A stretch of 63,513 nt of DNA, counting the filler, from Octopus bimaculoides (taxonomy: Eukaryota): the NCBI RefSeq assembly GCF_001194135.2. It is 5 parts of 5 records of this genome, joined end to end, with 100 filler letters (N's around TTAATTAATTAA, not from the genome) between each part and the next. Parts side by side here need not be neighbours in the genome. Positions count along the whole stretch, not along the records: positions 46,891 to 58,839 come from NC_068983.1; positions 58,940 to 61,998 come from NC_068997.1; positions 62,099 to 63,513 come from NW_026413850.1; 2 more parts are not named here. One strand, 5' to 3'. Both the position numbers and the translations under genes were made by a program. Positions 49,254 to 62,099 of the stretch are shown here, piece after piece. Position 1 is the stretch's first letter; each line of letters opens with the position of its first letter. Under the pieces are notes generated by a model that saw only the letters and a program-made list of their open reading frames with translations, searched no databases and was not told where the DNA came from.

Positions 49254-49951
49254 GAGATGTTATATTCAATTAATATAACAAATTTTTGAAAAGTAATAAA
49301 ACATTACAATCAATGAAGAGACAAAAGAAACAGTAAGATGATACAAGTTGATTTTATTAGGTATTTCTGTTTATTTAGAAACCTACAATGAACAAGTCAG
49401 ACGCTAAACTATAAATTTCACAGGGTACAACCTTAAAGTTGACACCGGTCCGCTAAATGCAAAAAATTTCTGTATCGCTAATGGCTATAAATACACAGTT
49501 ATTTTTTTTTTATTTTTTAACTTCTGTAACTTTTTTCTCCAATTTTTTTTCTCCACAAAATCATATCTTCAAAGCAATGAGACTGGAAGGCTACATTATT
49601 ATAGCCGATTTTCAGATTTTTTACTTTCTTTTTTTAAAAATGTATATTTTGAGAATGAAAAAAAAAAGCTAGATCCCAATGTAGTGACATGCGCAAACTG
49701 GTTTCAACCGATGGTTTCAGATCAAAATTTTGTAAAATGATTTCAGAATTTTTTAACCACATCCTAATTTGTACCTGAAGTATTGCCAGTAACGAACAAC
49801 CAACAATTATTAACGAGCAAGTAAGGACTTGGTAACGTGTACCATGCTTTGGCTAATTGTCTTAGGTGCATGTGTAGTCAAGAGCAAATACAGACACTCT
49901 CTCGGTTCCCTGACCGTTGCTCTAACGGAACATCGAGTCGTGACAGTTAGT

Positions 49952-50028
<77 letters not shown>

Positions 50029-50544
50029 CGTGTGTGAGTGTGTGTGTGTGTGCTTGTGTGCTCCACTAGCAATCAGGCTAGTGCTCATTTACAGCTCAAT
50101 AAACTTCAGCAACATGAAATGAAATAACTTGCTCGAAGACACAACACGCCGCCATGTCCAGGAATCGAACACATGACCTTATCATCATGAGTCCAACACC
50201 CTAACCAATTAGACCATTTACAATAAGAAAATCAAATTATGAATTCGGTCAGCAACAAATACTATCAATGATTGCAAAACGAAATGACGATAAAATCTGG
50301 CAATTAAATTTATGACGGGTTATAAAGAGCGAAAAAAAAATATAATTGAATATAACTTACATTGTTCATTAATATTATAAACTGATAATGCATTAAATTA
50401 ATTGCGAAACTACAAAATTAATTATATTTGATATAAAGGCACTTAATTTTACGAAACAGCCAAATGGTTAAAAACCTAATAAGTTGGCGTTTAATCAATA
50501 AAACAAACGAAGAAAGCAAACAATGAAGCCATCTAATAATAATG

Positions 50545-50617
<73 letters not shown>

Positions 50618-51081
50618 TGATGATAATAATAATANNNNNNNNNNNNNNNNNNNNNNNNNNNNNNNNNNNNNNNNNNNNNNNNNNNNNNNNNNNNNNNNNN
50701 NNNNNNNNNNNNNNNNNNNNNNNNNNNNNNNNNNNNNNNNNNNNNNNNNNNNNNNNNNNNNNNNNNNNNNNNNNNNNNNNNNNNNNNNNNNNNNNNNNNN
50801 NNNNNNNNNNNNNNNNNNNNNNNNNNNNNNNNNNNNNNNNNNNNNNNNNNNNNNNNNNNNNNNNNNNNNNNNNNNNNNNNNNNNNNNNNNNNNNNNNNNN
50901 NNNNNNNNNNNNNNNNNNNNNNNNNNNNNNNNNNNNNNNNNNNNNNNNNNNNNNNNNNNNNNNNNNNNNNNNNNNNNNNNNNNNNNNNNNNNNNNNNNNN
51001 NNNNNNNNNNNNNNNNNNNNNNNNNNNNNNNNNNNNNNNNNNNNNNNNNNNNNNNNNNNNNNNNNNNNNNNNNNNNNNNNN

Positions 51082-51186
51082 CAATACAGTAACCATAAGA
51101 GCATCACAGCAAACCACAGCACATACCCAAGGCACACAGAGCTGCGCTCGGTAGTGAAGTGAAAGCACGTTATAAAAATAAAATTA

Positions 51187-51271
<85 letters not shown>
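51082..51271 (+). mobile_element. R4/Dong-like LINE 3' UTR plus (AAT)n tail, copy 1
   Basis: Near-identical to 51730-51870; preceded by a gap that follows (AAT)n. Confidence 0.8.
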
Positions 51272-51273
<2 letters not shown>

Positions 51274-51489
51274 CGGGGACGTTTAACATGTGAGAGTGAT
51301 AAACCACTGCTCCGAAATTTATCCAAAAATATCGGAAATAAAGACATCGCATGGAGCGACAAATACCTGACAAAGGTTTGGACTATATCCGTGTAAGTAA
51401 TACTCATTGAAATTTATTTCTATTTTCCGAATGAAATGATGTATTTTAACTGGATATCATCTCCACTGCTTGCACAGCACATGTAAACA

Positions 51490-51833
51490 GATGATAACGT
51501 TTCTCTAAAAGAAATGCAGAAACTTTCTAAATACAAAGACCTGGAAATAGAGGTAACTCAAATGTGGAGTCTAAAAACAGAAACAATTCCTATCATAGTG
51601 GGCACATTAGGTAGGATAAAAAAATATTCAGACATATACATAACAAAAACACCGGGACTAACAAATATATGTAACATACAGAAAATAGCACTACTAGGCA
51701 CCGCACACATCTTACGTAAAACACTTTCATTACAGTAGCAATGAGAGCATCACAACAAACCACAGCACATACCTAAGGCACACAGAGCTGCGCTCGGTAG
51801 TGCAGTGAAAGCACGTGGTAAAAATAAGACTAA

Positions 51834-51870
<37 letters not shown>
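51490..51870 (+). mobile_element. R4/Dong-like LINE 3' end (intact REL C-terminus, 3' UTR, (AAT)n), copy 2
   Basis: DDNVSLKEMQKLSKYKDLEIEVTQMWSLKTETIPIIVGTLG...IQKIALLGTAHILRKTLSLQ*. Confidence 0.9.
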
Positions 51871-51871
<1 letters not shown>

Positions 51872-52249
51872 CTTTTCTATTACAGGCACAAGGCCTGAAA
51901 TTTGGGGGAGGGGGATAGCCGATGACATCGACCCCACTACTCAACTGGTACTTAATTTATCGACCCCGAAAGGATGAAAGGTAAATCGATCTGCGCGGAA
52001 TTTGAACTCAGAACGTAACGACGAGGAAAATACCGTTAAGCATTTTGTCCTGCGTGTTAACGATTCTGCCAGCTCGCCAACTTAATAATAATAATAATGA
52101 TGATGATGATGATGAAGANNNNNNNNNNNNNNNNNNNNNNNNNNNNNNNNNNNNNNNNNNNNNNNNNNNNNNNNNNNNNNNNNNNNNNNNNNGGAGGAGG
52201 AGGAGGAGGAGGAGAAGAAGAAGAAGAAGAAGAAGAATATTATTCAAGT

Positions 52250-52690
52250 CTTTTATCTTTTACTTTTTTCAGTCATTTGTCGGCGACCAAGCTGGGGCAC
52301 TGCCTTGAAAGGCTTTAGTCGAATAAATTGATCCCAGGACTCCTTCTTTTCTTTTAAAGCTTTGTATTTATCTTTTCGGTCACTTTTGCCGAACCGATAA
52401 GTTATGAGAACGTAAAGTCACCGACACCGGTGGTCAAGCGGTAGTAGTGGAGGACAAATGCAGACACATACATATGATGGGCGTCTTTCAGTTTTCGCCT
52501 GCCAAATCCACTCACAAAGCATCAGTCAGTTCGAGGCACTAGCAGAAGATACTTGCCCAAAGCGCCACGCAGTGGGACTGAACACGGAACCATGTGGTTG
52601 GGAAGCAAGCTTCTTACCACACAGCTACGACTGGCCTCATACTCTTTAGACTTTTCTCCTACCATCACCCAATACTTTCCAGCACAACCT

Positions 52691-52737
<47 letters not shown>

Positions 52738-53110
52738 GATCGTATTCAGTGCAAGAGTGACTGTGTGGTAAGTAGCTTGCTTACCGACCACATGGTTCCG
52801 GGTTCAGTCCCACTGCGTGGCACCTTTGGCAAGTGTCTTCTACTATAGCCTCGGGCCGACCAAAGGCTTGTGAGTGGATTTGGTAGACGGAAACTGAAAG
52901 AAGCCCGTCGTATATATGTATATATNNNNNNNNNNGCTGGTGTGATTACGTCCCCGTAACTTAGCGGTTCAGCAAAAAGAGACCGATAGAATAAGTACTA
53001 GGCTTGCAAAGAATAAGTCCTGGGGTCGATTAGTTCGATTATAAAGGCGGTGCTCCAGCATGGCCACAGTCAAATGACTGAAACAAGTAAAAGAGAGTAA
53101 AAGAGAGTGA
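52250..53110. mobile_element. Divergent (head-to-head) pair of S1 SINEs separated by ~120 bp containing (CTA)n
   Basis: Minus-strand copy 52250-52635 and plus-strand copy 52755-53110; both retain CpGs. Confidence 0.85.
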
Positions 53111-53859
53111 GAAATGTTGTATGAACACGATATCGTGGTAAACTTCAGAAAAATGTCTCAATTCTCAGTTTTCCTAAACGAAATCAATATTCCTTATATC
53201 ATAAATACTCATATCGTACATCATATCATGTATTTGTTGTATATTGTACATCATACGATATATAATGTATATCGTCTACTGGATGTGGCATGTTATATAT
53301 TTTATATTTTATTTTTTACTTGTGTTAGTCATTAGACTATGGCCATGCTGGTGCACCGCCTTGAAAAATTTTTAATCGAATGAATCGGCCTCATTACTTT
53401 TTTCTTAAACTTGGTACTTATTTTATCAGTGTCTTTTGCCGAACCGCTGAGTTACGAGGACGTAAACACAAACAACGCCGGTTGTCAGTTGTATATATTG
53501 TATATATAAACAACCAAACGACAAAATGCTTACATACTGCGTATTGTATATCATATGTTGTATAGTGGGTATTATGTCTCATGTTATATATTGTCTATCA
53601 CATAATAGAATTTTATATAATGTATGTTATGAGGTGATATGCGTAGACGATTGTTGCTATAGCAGCCAGTCTGCTTCGTGTAGCTCCTTCCTGTTGTTCA
53701 TGACTGACCTCAATTTGTTTACAAGGAGAGCTTTCATAATTTTGAGATTGCCTCTACTGCGTCGGGTTGTCTTGATGGAAACTTTGAAAACCTGGGTTTG
53801 GCACAAAAAAAAAAGAGACACACCTTAGGAAGTGCCAAACCCAGAATGTCAAAGTTTGC

Positions 53860-54050
53860 CTAGATACGCAAGTATATGCATGAGAATTCATACATAAAGC
53901 AAAACATACAAATCTGCACATATACGTACATACAAAAATATTCTGCTGTTGTTGAAATTCCAATGAAGGAGTCTCTCTATTGGCAAGAAATCTTGAAATA
54001 AAACTGAATAATGACATACATATATACATACATACATACATACATACATA
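53860..54050 (-). repeat. Single inverted copy of the ~340-bp unit tandemly repeated at 56765-57250
   Basis: Shares ATTTCAAGATTTC(T/C)TGCCAATAGAG, TTCATTGGAATTTCAACA..AACAG and ATTCTCATGCATATA blocks. Confidence 0.8.
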
Positions 54051-54199
54051 CATAGAGAATAACGTCTCGTATATCGGGAGTGATGACTTCCCATGCAACC
54101 CCATAACAGCTGGATTAACATACCACAAAGAGACGTAGATGTGAAACGCTCAGCATACGAAAAAATTAAGACTATGTATTCGTGTGTTTTCTAAAGAGT

Positions 54200-54950
54200 T
54201 GAAGATGACTCTATTATCGACATGAAGGGCAACCTATCTTGGACTCGTGGCTGCTACATCACATCACACTTCAAAGGAAATGCATTTGAAATCCAAGAAC
54301 TTGTGATTACTATAAAATACCGAGTGAATAAAAGAGCCAGTGAAGCGATTGGACCGCCAAGATGCAACCGAAAATGTAGATTGTGTCTCTTATGTGTTAC
54401 ATTTTTGTGGAAGATATCACACATGTGATCAGTAGTTGCTTCAAAATGTCATCAAGGCACTACCTCCCAATGCGAAAGTGACGTTGTCGCTAAAATAATA
54501 TGCAATGTCATTTATAAAAGACTGTCCTGGCATAATATAGAGAACTTCCTCCTGTTATTATATACATGCACAATCATCAACGCAAGGAATATTGGCGGAA
54601 CATTCTCATCAAAACTTCTACCAAGTGCAAATATAACAGGCCGGATGTTATTGTTTGTGACAGGCAAGAAAAAGTATGTACCGTCATAGAGGATGTTGCT
54701 CTACTGATGTGAATATCTCTTTGAAAATCAAAGAGAAAAAAGATAACTACAGACAACTGTTTCAGAACATTCAGCTTATCTAGCCAAATTATAGATTCAC
54801 ATTGGTTTTGTTAGTAGATGCAATAGTGACTATTTGGAAATATTAGAGCTTTTCGAACAAGAAATCAATCAGGTAACAAGTACATTACAAATAAAATCTT
54901 TAAGCGGAACAGTAAAAATATGTATGACATTTCTCAAGTTCAACTTCTGG
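54200..54950 (+). mobile_element. REL-type non-LTR retrotransposon 3' region, family A, third copy
   Basis: YITSHFKGNAFEIQE...KCRLC...WWNILIKTSTKCKYNRPDVIVCDRQEKVCTVIE. Confidence 0.85.
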
Positions 54951-56764
54951 CGTTGTTTTTGTTATGGACATTCCAACGATGGAGATTTTAATCCTTGTTA
55001 GAAATCAGTTCCTTTCTTATAGGAAGATTTCAAATAATTGAAAATAGGGGAAATATATACATAAACAGACACACACGTATATATGTATATATGTATATGG
55101 GGAGGCGTTTCGCCTAGTGGTTTAGGATGTCGAGCTCACAATCGTGGGATCGTGTGTTCGATTCTCAAAACGATTTGAGTGTTAGGTACTACATGTCACG
55201 CTGCTCCAGTACACTAAGCTCACGAAATGAGTACCAAAAGTACCTGAAGGCTAACCTTGCGACGGACTGGTGTCCACTCAACGGATAGTCAGTACTGTCA
55301 GCCTAAACTTCTTGAAAACTCGGTTAAACTCTGGGCTCATGAATCTGAAGATCCGAAGCAGACCTTGTGTGTATTGTATATTATATACTACATTGCGAAG
55401 CCACGTGGCTTTGTAGCTAGGATATTCGGTTCGTGAGTTCGATTCCTGGCGGCGCGTTGTATGTTTAAGCAAGACACGTTGCTCCAGTCCACTCAACTGG
55501 CAAAAATGAATAGTAGCTATATTTCAAAGGGTCAGCGTTGTCACATTCTGTGTCATGCTGAATCTCCCTGAGAACTACGATAAGGGTACACGTGTCTGTG
55601 AAGTGCTCAGCCACCTGCACGTTAATTCCACGAAAAAGGCTGTTTCATTAACCAGATCAACTGGAACCCACATCGTCGTAAGCGACGGAGTGCCCAGTAT
55701 TATATACTATAAATTAAGGCAGCGAGATGGTAGAATCGTTAGCATGCTGGATGAAATGTTTAGCGGTATTTCGCCCGTCGCTCCGTTCAGAGTTCAAATT
55801 CTGCCGAGGTCGACTTTGCCTTTCATCCTTCCGTGGTCGATAAATTAAGTACCAGTTGTGTACTGGGGTCGATAAAATCGACTTACCCCTCCCCCAAATT
55901 TCAGGCCTTGTGACTATAGAAAGGATTATATACTACAAATTATAAATTATGCATTGTATATCACATTTTATACTGTGTATTATATGCTACATATTGCATA
56001 CACACACACACACACANNNNNNNNNNNNNNNNNNNNNNNNNNNNNNNNNNNNNNNNNNNNNNNNNNNNNNNNNNNNNNNNNNNNNNNNNNNNNNNNNNNN
56101 NNNNNNNNNNNNNNNNNNNNNNNNNNNNNNNNNNNNNNNNNNNNNNNNNNNNNNNNNNNNNNNNNNNNNNNNNNNNNNNNNNNNNNNNNNNNNNNNNNNN
56201 NNNNNNNNNNNNNNNNNNNNNNNNNNNNNNNNNNNNNNNNNNNNNNNNNNNNNNNNNNNNNNNNNNNNNNNNNNNNNNNNNNNNNNNNNNNNNNNNNNNN
56301 NNNNNNNNNNNNNNNNNNNNNNNNNNNNNNNNNNNNNNNNNNNNNNNNNNNNNNNNNNNNNNNNNNNNNNNNNNNNNNNNNNNNNNNNNNNNNNNNNNNN
56401 NNNNNNNNNNNNNNNNNNNNNNNNNNNNNNNNNNNNNNNNNNNNNNNNNNNNNNNNNNNNNNNNNNNNNNNNNNNNNNNNNNNNNNNNNNNNNNNNNNNN
56501 NNNNNNNNNNNNNNNNNNNNNNNNNNNNNNNNNNNNNNNNNNNNNNNNNNNNNNNNNNNNNNNNNNNNNNNNNNNNNNNNNNNNNNNNNNNNNNNNNNNN
56601 NNNNNNNNNNNNNNNNNNNNNNNNNNNNNNNNNNNNNNNNNNNNNNNNNNNNNNNNNNNNNNNNNNNNNNNNNNNNNNNNNNNNNNNNNNNNNNNNNNNN
56701 NNNNNNNNNNNNNNNNNNNNNNNNNNNNNNNNNNNNNNNNNNNNNNNNNNNNNNNNNNNNNNNN

Positions 56765-56807
56765 GATCCAAGCTTCCTTCATTGGAATTTCAACATCAAC
56801 AACAGGG

Positions 56808-56838
<31 letters not shown>

Positions 56839-57250
56839 TCATGTATGTATGTATGTGCAGATTTGTATGTTTTATGTCAGTATTCTCATGCATATAGTTA
56901 CATATCTAATGTATGTATGCATGTATGTATGTATGTATGTATGCATGTATGTATGTATGTATGTATGTATGTATGCATGCATGTATGTATGCATGTATGT
57001 ATGTATGTATGTATGTATGTATGTATGTATGTATGTATGTGTGTCATTATTCAGTTTTATTTCAAGATTTCCTGCCAATAGAGAAGAGCCGGTTTCTAAT
57101 CTAGATCCAAGGCTCTTTCATTGGAATTTCAACATCAACAACAGAATATTTTTATTTGTTTGTATGTATGCATGCATGCATGCACGTATGTTTATGTACA
57201 GATTTGTATGTTTTGTTTTATGTATGCATTCTCATGCATATAGTTGTGCA
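56765..57250 (+). repeat. ~339-bp-period tandem repeat containing (TATG)n
   Basis: GATCCAAG..C.TTCATTGGAATTTCAACATCAACAACAG at 56765 and 57104. Confidence 0.85.
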
Positions 57251-57568
57251 TCTATACGTGCTCATATATATTTAAATGATAAACTTCTGGTAAGTTTTAC
57301 AATGTATGTATGTATGTATGTATGTATGTATGTATGTATGTATGTATGTATGTGTGTATGTATGTATGTAAATAGGAGGGCGCATGACCTATTGATTAGA
57401 GCGTTGGGCTCGCGATTATTAGGTCGCGTGTTCGATTCTCAGACCAGAAAGTGTGTTGCTTTCTTCTTGTGCAAGACAGATATGTGCCTGTGAGTATGTA
57501 TATGCATGCTTGTATAATGAAGCATTAAGGGTCTCCAGCTGTATCTTGAGTAAGAGCCTCTCTTACAT

Positions 57569-57686
57569 AGCTTCGGGTCGGTCTAAGCCTTTCCAACAAG
57601 CTTCGGGTCGGTCTAAGCCTTTCCAACAAGCTTCGGGTTGGTCTAAGCCTTTCCAACAAGCTTCGGGTCGGTCTAAGCCTTTCCAA
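57569..57686. repeat. 30-bp minisatellite, ~3.9 near-identical copies
   Basis: AGCTTCGGGTCGGTCTAAGCCTTTCCAACA x4, one substitution, no spacers. Confidence 0.95.
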
Positions 57687-57744
57687 ACTGTATTCAAGTC
57701 TGCCAGACGAAACCTATTTTTGGTTGCGTGAAGATGTGATGAGG

Positions 57745-57945
57745 ATGTGATGAGATCTCGAGTAACTCACGTTCTGGAAAGTAACAGCCTATTTATTCCC
57801 AACCAGCACGGTTACCGCATTGTCGGGCATTGCCTAACACAGCATCTGCATCGCTCTGATGACATCCCAAAGGATACCCCCTTTTTTGGTTATGATGGTT
57901 GTTAGCGGAGCATAGTTTGTTAAAAGCATTTCGATCAGGTATTCC
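57745..57945 (+). mobile_element. CR1-like LINE RT fragment, decayed
   Basis: VMRSRVTHVLESNSLFIPNQHGYR...CLTQHL...DDI...KHFDQV resembles the QHGFRxGRSCLTQLL...KAFDKV motif. Confidence 0.7.
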
Positions 57946-59408
57946 GTGAGAGGGTACGTAGTCATTGTTATATTGATTGTTATCTTTATTGTACAGAACC
58001 AATCTCATACGCGGTGGTTACTTCCACTTCCAGTCTACTTGACATTGCAAACGCTTGCGTGTGTTATGGCTTGACAAGAGCAAGAGGGACATTAATGCTC
58101 CTCCTCCTCCTCCTCCTCCTCCTCCTCCTCGGGTGAAGCCGCAACACACNNNNNNNNNNNNNNNNNNNNNNNNNNNNNNNNNNNNNNNNNNNNNNNNNNN
58201 NNNNNNNNNNNNNNNNNNNNNNNNNNNNNNNNNNNNNNNNNNNNNNNNNNNNNNNNNNNNNNNNNNNNNNNNNNNNNNNNNNNNNNNNNNNNNNNNNNNA
58301 CACACACACACACACACACACACACATCTTTTATCTTCCACTTGTTTCAGTCATTTGACTGCGGCCATGCAGGGGCACCACCTTCAAAGGTTTTAAATCG
58401 AACAAATCGACCCCAGGACTTATTTTTTTAGAGCCAAGTACTTGTTCTATCGGTTGTTTAGCCAAATCGCTAGGTTACGGGGACGTAAACACGCCGCCAC
58501 TGGTTGTCAACTGGTGGGTTGGGAGCATAAACAGAAAGATACACACATAGATATGCATACATATATATAGATACAACGGGCTTCTTTCAGTTTCCATCTA
58601 TTAAATCACTTGCAAGGTTTTGGTCTATAGTACAAGACACTTGCCCAAGGTGTCACGCTGTAGGACTGAACCGATTCTGGGTTGTCCATTTATCGAATGT
58701 TCCTCCTAGAGGTAAGACAAATTTTTCATGTTTGTTGCACTCACACGTCTTTGCCAGTATCGACTGCTATTTCCAGTAAATATTGGTGCCTTGTTGTACC
58801 ACTCATCTGTGTATATATACATATATATATATATATATANNNNNNNNNNNNNNNNNNNNNNNNNNNNNNNNNNNNNNNNNNNNTTAATTAATTAANNNNN
58901 NNNNNNNNNNNNNNNNNNNNNNNNNNNNNNNNNNNNNNNAGATATAGATATATATATATATATACAGACACACATATGTAAATGGGTGATAGGATGTATA
59001 TGTGTATGTGCGTCCGCGAGTCTTTGCGTGTAATTTCTGTATGGATATGTATCTTTGTGTCAGAGAGCGTACACCAATGACAGCCCAAGTCAATCGACTA
59101 TCGATGATTGAAGAGACTGCAAGAGATTTATTTTGTTATAGGTGCAATTGTTGTTGTTGTTGTTGCTGCTGCTGTTGCTATTATTATTATTATTACAATT
59201 TGTGTCTAATCGCCCAGCATCGCATTATTTGTCCGAGCTCTGAGGTGGGAGGCAAACGAAAACTAACTAGCCATCCAATAATAAGTGAGGGAAGATGGAC
59301 GTGGCTATNNNNNNNNNNNNNNNNNNNNNNNNNNNNNNNNNNNNNNNNNNNNNNNNNNNNNNNNNNNNNNNNNNNNNNNNNNNNNNNNNNNNNNNNNNNN
59401 NNNNNNNN

Positions 59409-59440
<32 letters not shown>

Positions 59441-60839
59441 ACTCACATGTAGAGGCGCACATACACAGAAACTCCTAAGAGACTTATTCTGCGCAACGAA
59501 GACTTCATACAACATAATTTGACATGGAATATTGCGCAAAACAGTAAATTCTGTATCGTCGCTGATCTGTGCTCACAATGGTCAAAAGTTATCTTTAAGT
59601 ATGTTTGTTTAGCAGAATGCATTTGACATCGTTTTGCGATATTGTCTTACGATTTCCAACAAGATATGTCAAACCGAACTGCACGTGGAAGAACGGACGA
59701 GAAGTTTGAAAACGACAGCAGTGTTCTGGTTGCTCAGTTGTATCCCTAGAAATAATAATCCATTCTATGATAGGCACAAAGCTTGAAATTTTGGGAGAAC
59801 CCCAGTGCTCGCTCAACGAGTGTTTATTTCATTCACACCGAAGGGATGAAAGGCAAAGTCGATCTTGGCGGCATTTGAACTCAGAACGCAAAGACCCAGC
59901 AGCATTTCGTCCGACCTGCTAACAGTTCTGCCAGCTCGTCGCCTTAGATGATGATGATGATAATAATAATAATGATAATAATAATAATGATAATAATAAG
60001 ATGGGCTGCAGCAAATATTCTGCTTAATACCACAGATTTGTTTGTCAGTTGTTTGACTTTAACCAGTTGAGCATGTCCCTTGGTGTGTGTTTGCGTGTCT
60101 GTCCCCCACAACATCGCTTGACAACCGTAACTTAGCGGTTGGGCAAAACAGACCGATAGAATAAGTACTAGGCTTACAAAGAATAAGCCCTGGGGGTCGA
60201 TTTGCTCGACTATAAAGACGGTGCTCCAGCATGGCCGCAGTCAAATGACTGAAACAAGTAAAAGAGTAAAGAGAGAAAAGAATATAGTAGAAAGAATTGT
60301 TGTTCTGTTTTAAAATAGTTGGCCTTGGCTGGCAGAATCGTTAGAACGCTGGACAAAAATATTTAGCCGTCCTCCACNNNNNNNNNNNNNNNNNNNNNNN
60401 NNNNNNNNNNNNNNNNNNNNNNNNNNNNNNNNNNNNNNNNNNNNNNNNNNNNNNNNNNNNNNNNNNNNNNNNNNNNNNNNNNNNNNNNNNNNNNNNNNNN
60501 NNNNNNNNNNNNNNNNNNNNNNNNNNNNNNNNNNNNNNNNNNNNNNNNNNNNNNNNNNNNNNNNNNNNNNNNNNNNNNNNNNNNNNNNNNNNNNNNNNNN
60601 NNNNNNNNNNNNNNNNNNNNNNNNNNNNNNNNNNNNNNNNNNNNNNNNNNNNNNNNNNNNNNNNNNNNNNNNNNNNNNNNNNNNNNNNNNNNNNNNNNNN
60701 NNNNNNNNNNNNNNNNNNNNNNNNNNNNNNNNNNNNNNNNNNNNNNNNNNNNNNNNNNNNNNNNNNNNNNNNNNNNNNNNNNNNNNNNNNNNNNNNNNNN
60801 NNNNNNNNNATATATATATATATATACATATATAAAACG

Positions 60840-60998
60840 GGCTTCTTTCAGTTTCCGTCTACCAAATCCACTCACAAGGCTTTGGTCGACCCGAGGCTAC
60901 AGTAGAAGACACTTACCCAAGATACCACGCAGTGGGACTGAACCCGGAACCATGTGGTTGGTAAGCAAGCTACTTACCACACAGTCACTCCTACGCCT
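60840..60998 (-). mobile_element. S1 SINE 5' half, young, CpGs intact
   Basis: Near-consensus match to 345-505. Confidence 0.85.
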
Positions 60999-61842
60999 AT
61001 GGATTGTTGAAATCGGCTACTCCCACCCGCCAAATTTCAGGGTTTGTGCCGATAGTTCAAAGGATTAATTATCCTGCTTGCCTGTTATACTTGTGGGGTC
61101 AATGGAAATTTTTATCTAATCGATTTGTCTGACTCCAACAAAATTAAGTAGCAGCACCTTAGCAAAAAATAAAGGCGGTGAGAGCGGGCAGAATCGTTAG
61201 CACGCCGGGCAAAATGCTTAGCGACATTTCTTACATCTCAACGTCCTGAGTTCAAATGCGGCCGAGGTCGACTTTGCCTTTCATCCCTCAGCATCGATAA
61301 AACAAGCACCAGTTGAGCAGTGGGGGTGGGGGTGTAATTGAATAGCCACCCCTCCCCCGAAATTGCTGGCATTGTACCAAAATTTGAAACCAATATTTAA
61401 TAAAATCGTGTTTAATACTGGCATTATTTCAGTATGTGAAATTGTGTGTGTGTGTCTGTAGCATTTTTCGCATCAATTTATCTCATATTTCAGTGCACTT
61501 TGTTTTCCGCTACCTTCTACTCCTACACATCCAATTCACCCTCTCCCATCAAGTCCCTCCTCCTCCCTACTACCTTCTCATCCCTCTACATGCCTCCCCT
61601 TCTTTCCTCTTTATACCTAGCTCCTTCTTTCATCCTTTTTTCCTCCGCCTCTCGCTAATCGCCACCCCACCTCCTCTCTCTTTCAACTCTCTCGAGAAGG
61701 TTATATATTAAAACAACATAAACACTTTATCTATTTATTTATCGAAATGCTATTTCTTTCGCTTATTGTTTTATTAATATTTTCCTCGTTTTTTTTTTCC
61801 TGCTGCACAATGCTGTCTTCATTTTTAGAATTAAATTGCCTC

Positions 61843-61882
<40 letters not shown>

Positions 61883-62099
61883 TGCGTGCGTGTGCGTGGA
61901 TGTATGTATGTTTATATCCGGATATGCAAATAAGTACACGTCTATTCATCTATATATACTACACTTTATCGTGCAGTTACTGTTAATACTTCATTTAGNN
62001 NNNNNNNNNNNNNNNNNNNNNNNNNNNNNNNNNNNNNNNNNNTTAATTAATTAANNNNNNNNNNNNNNNNNNNNNNNNNNNNNNNNNNNNNNNNNNNNT

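Noticed and set aside
57569-57686. 30-bp repeats as a CRISPR array
   Set aside because: Units are contiguous with no spacers, the context is eukaryotic, and no cas genes are present.
20807-62054. Recurring TTAATTAATTAA as a biological motif
   Set aside because: Always isolated between N blocks; it is a scaffolding linker. Adjacency across these joins is not trustworthy.
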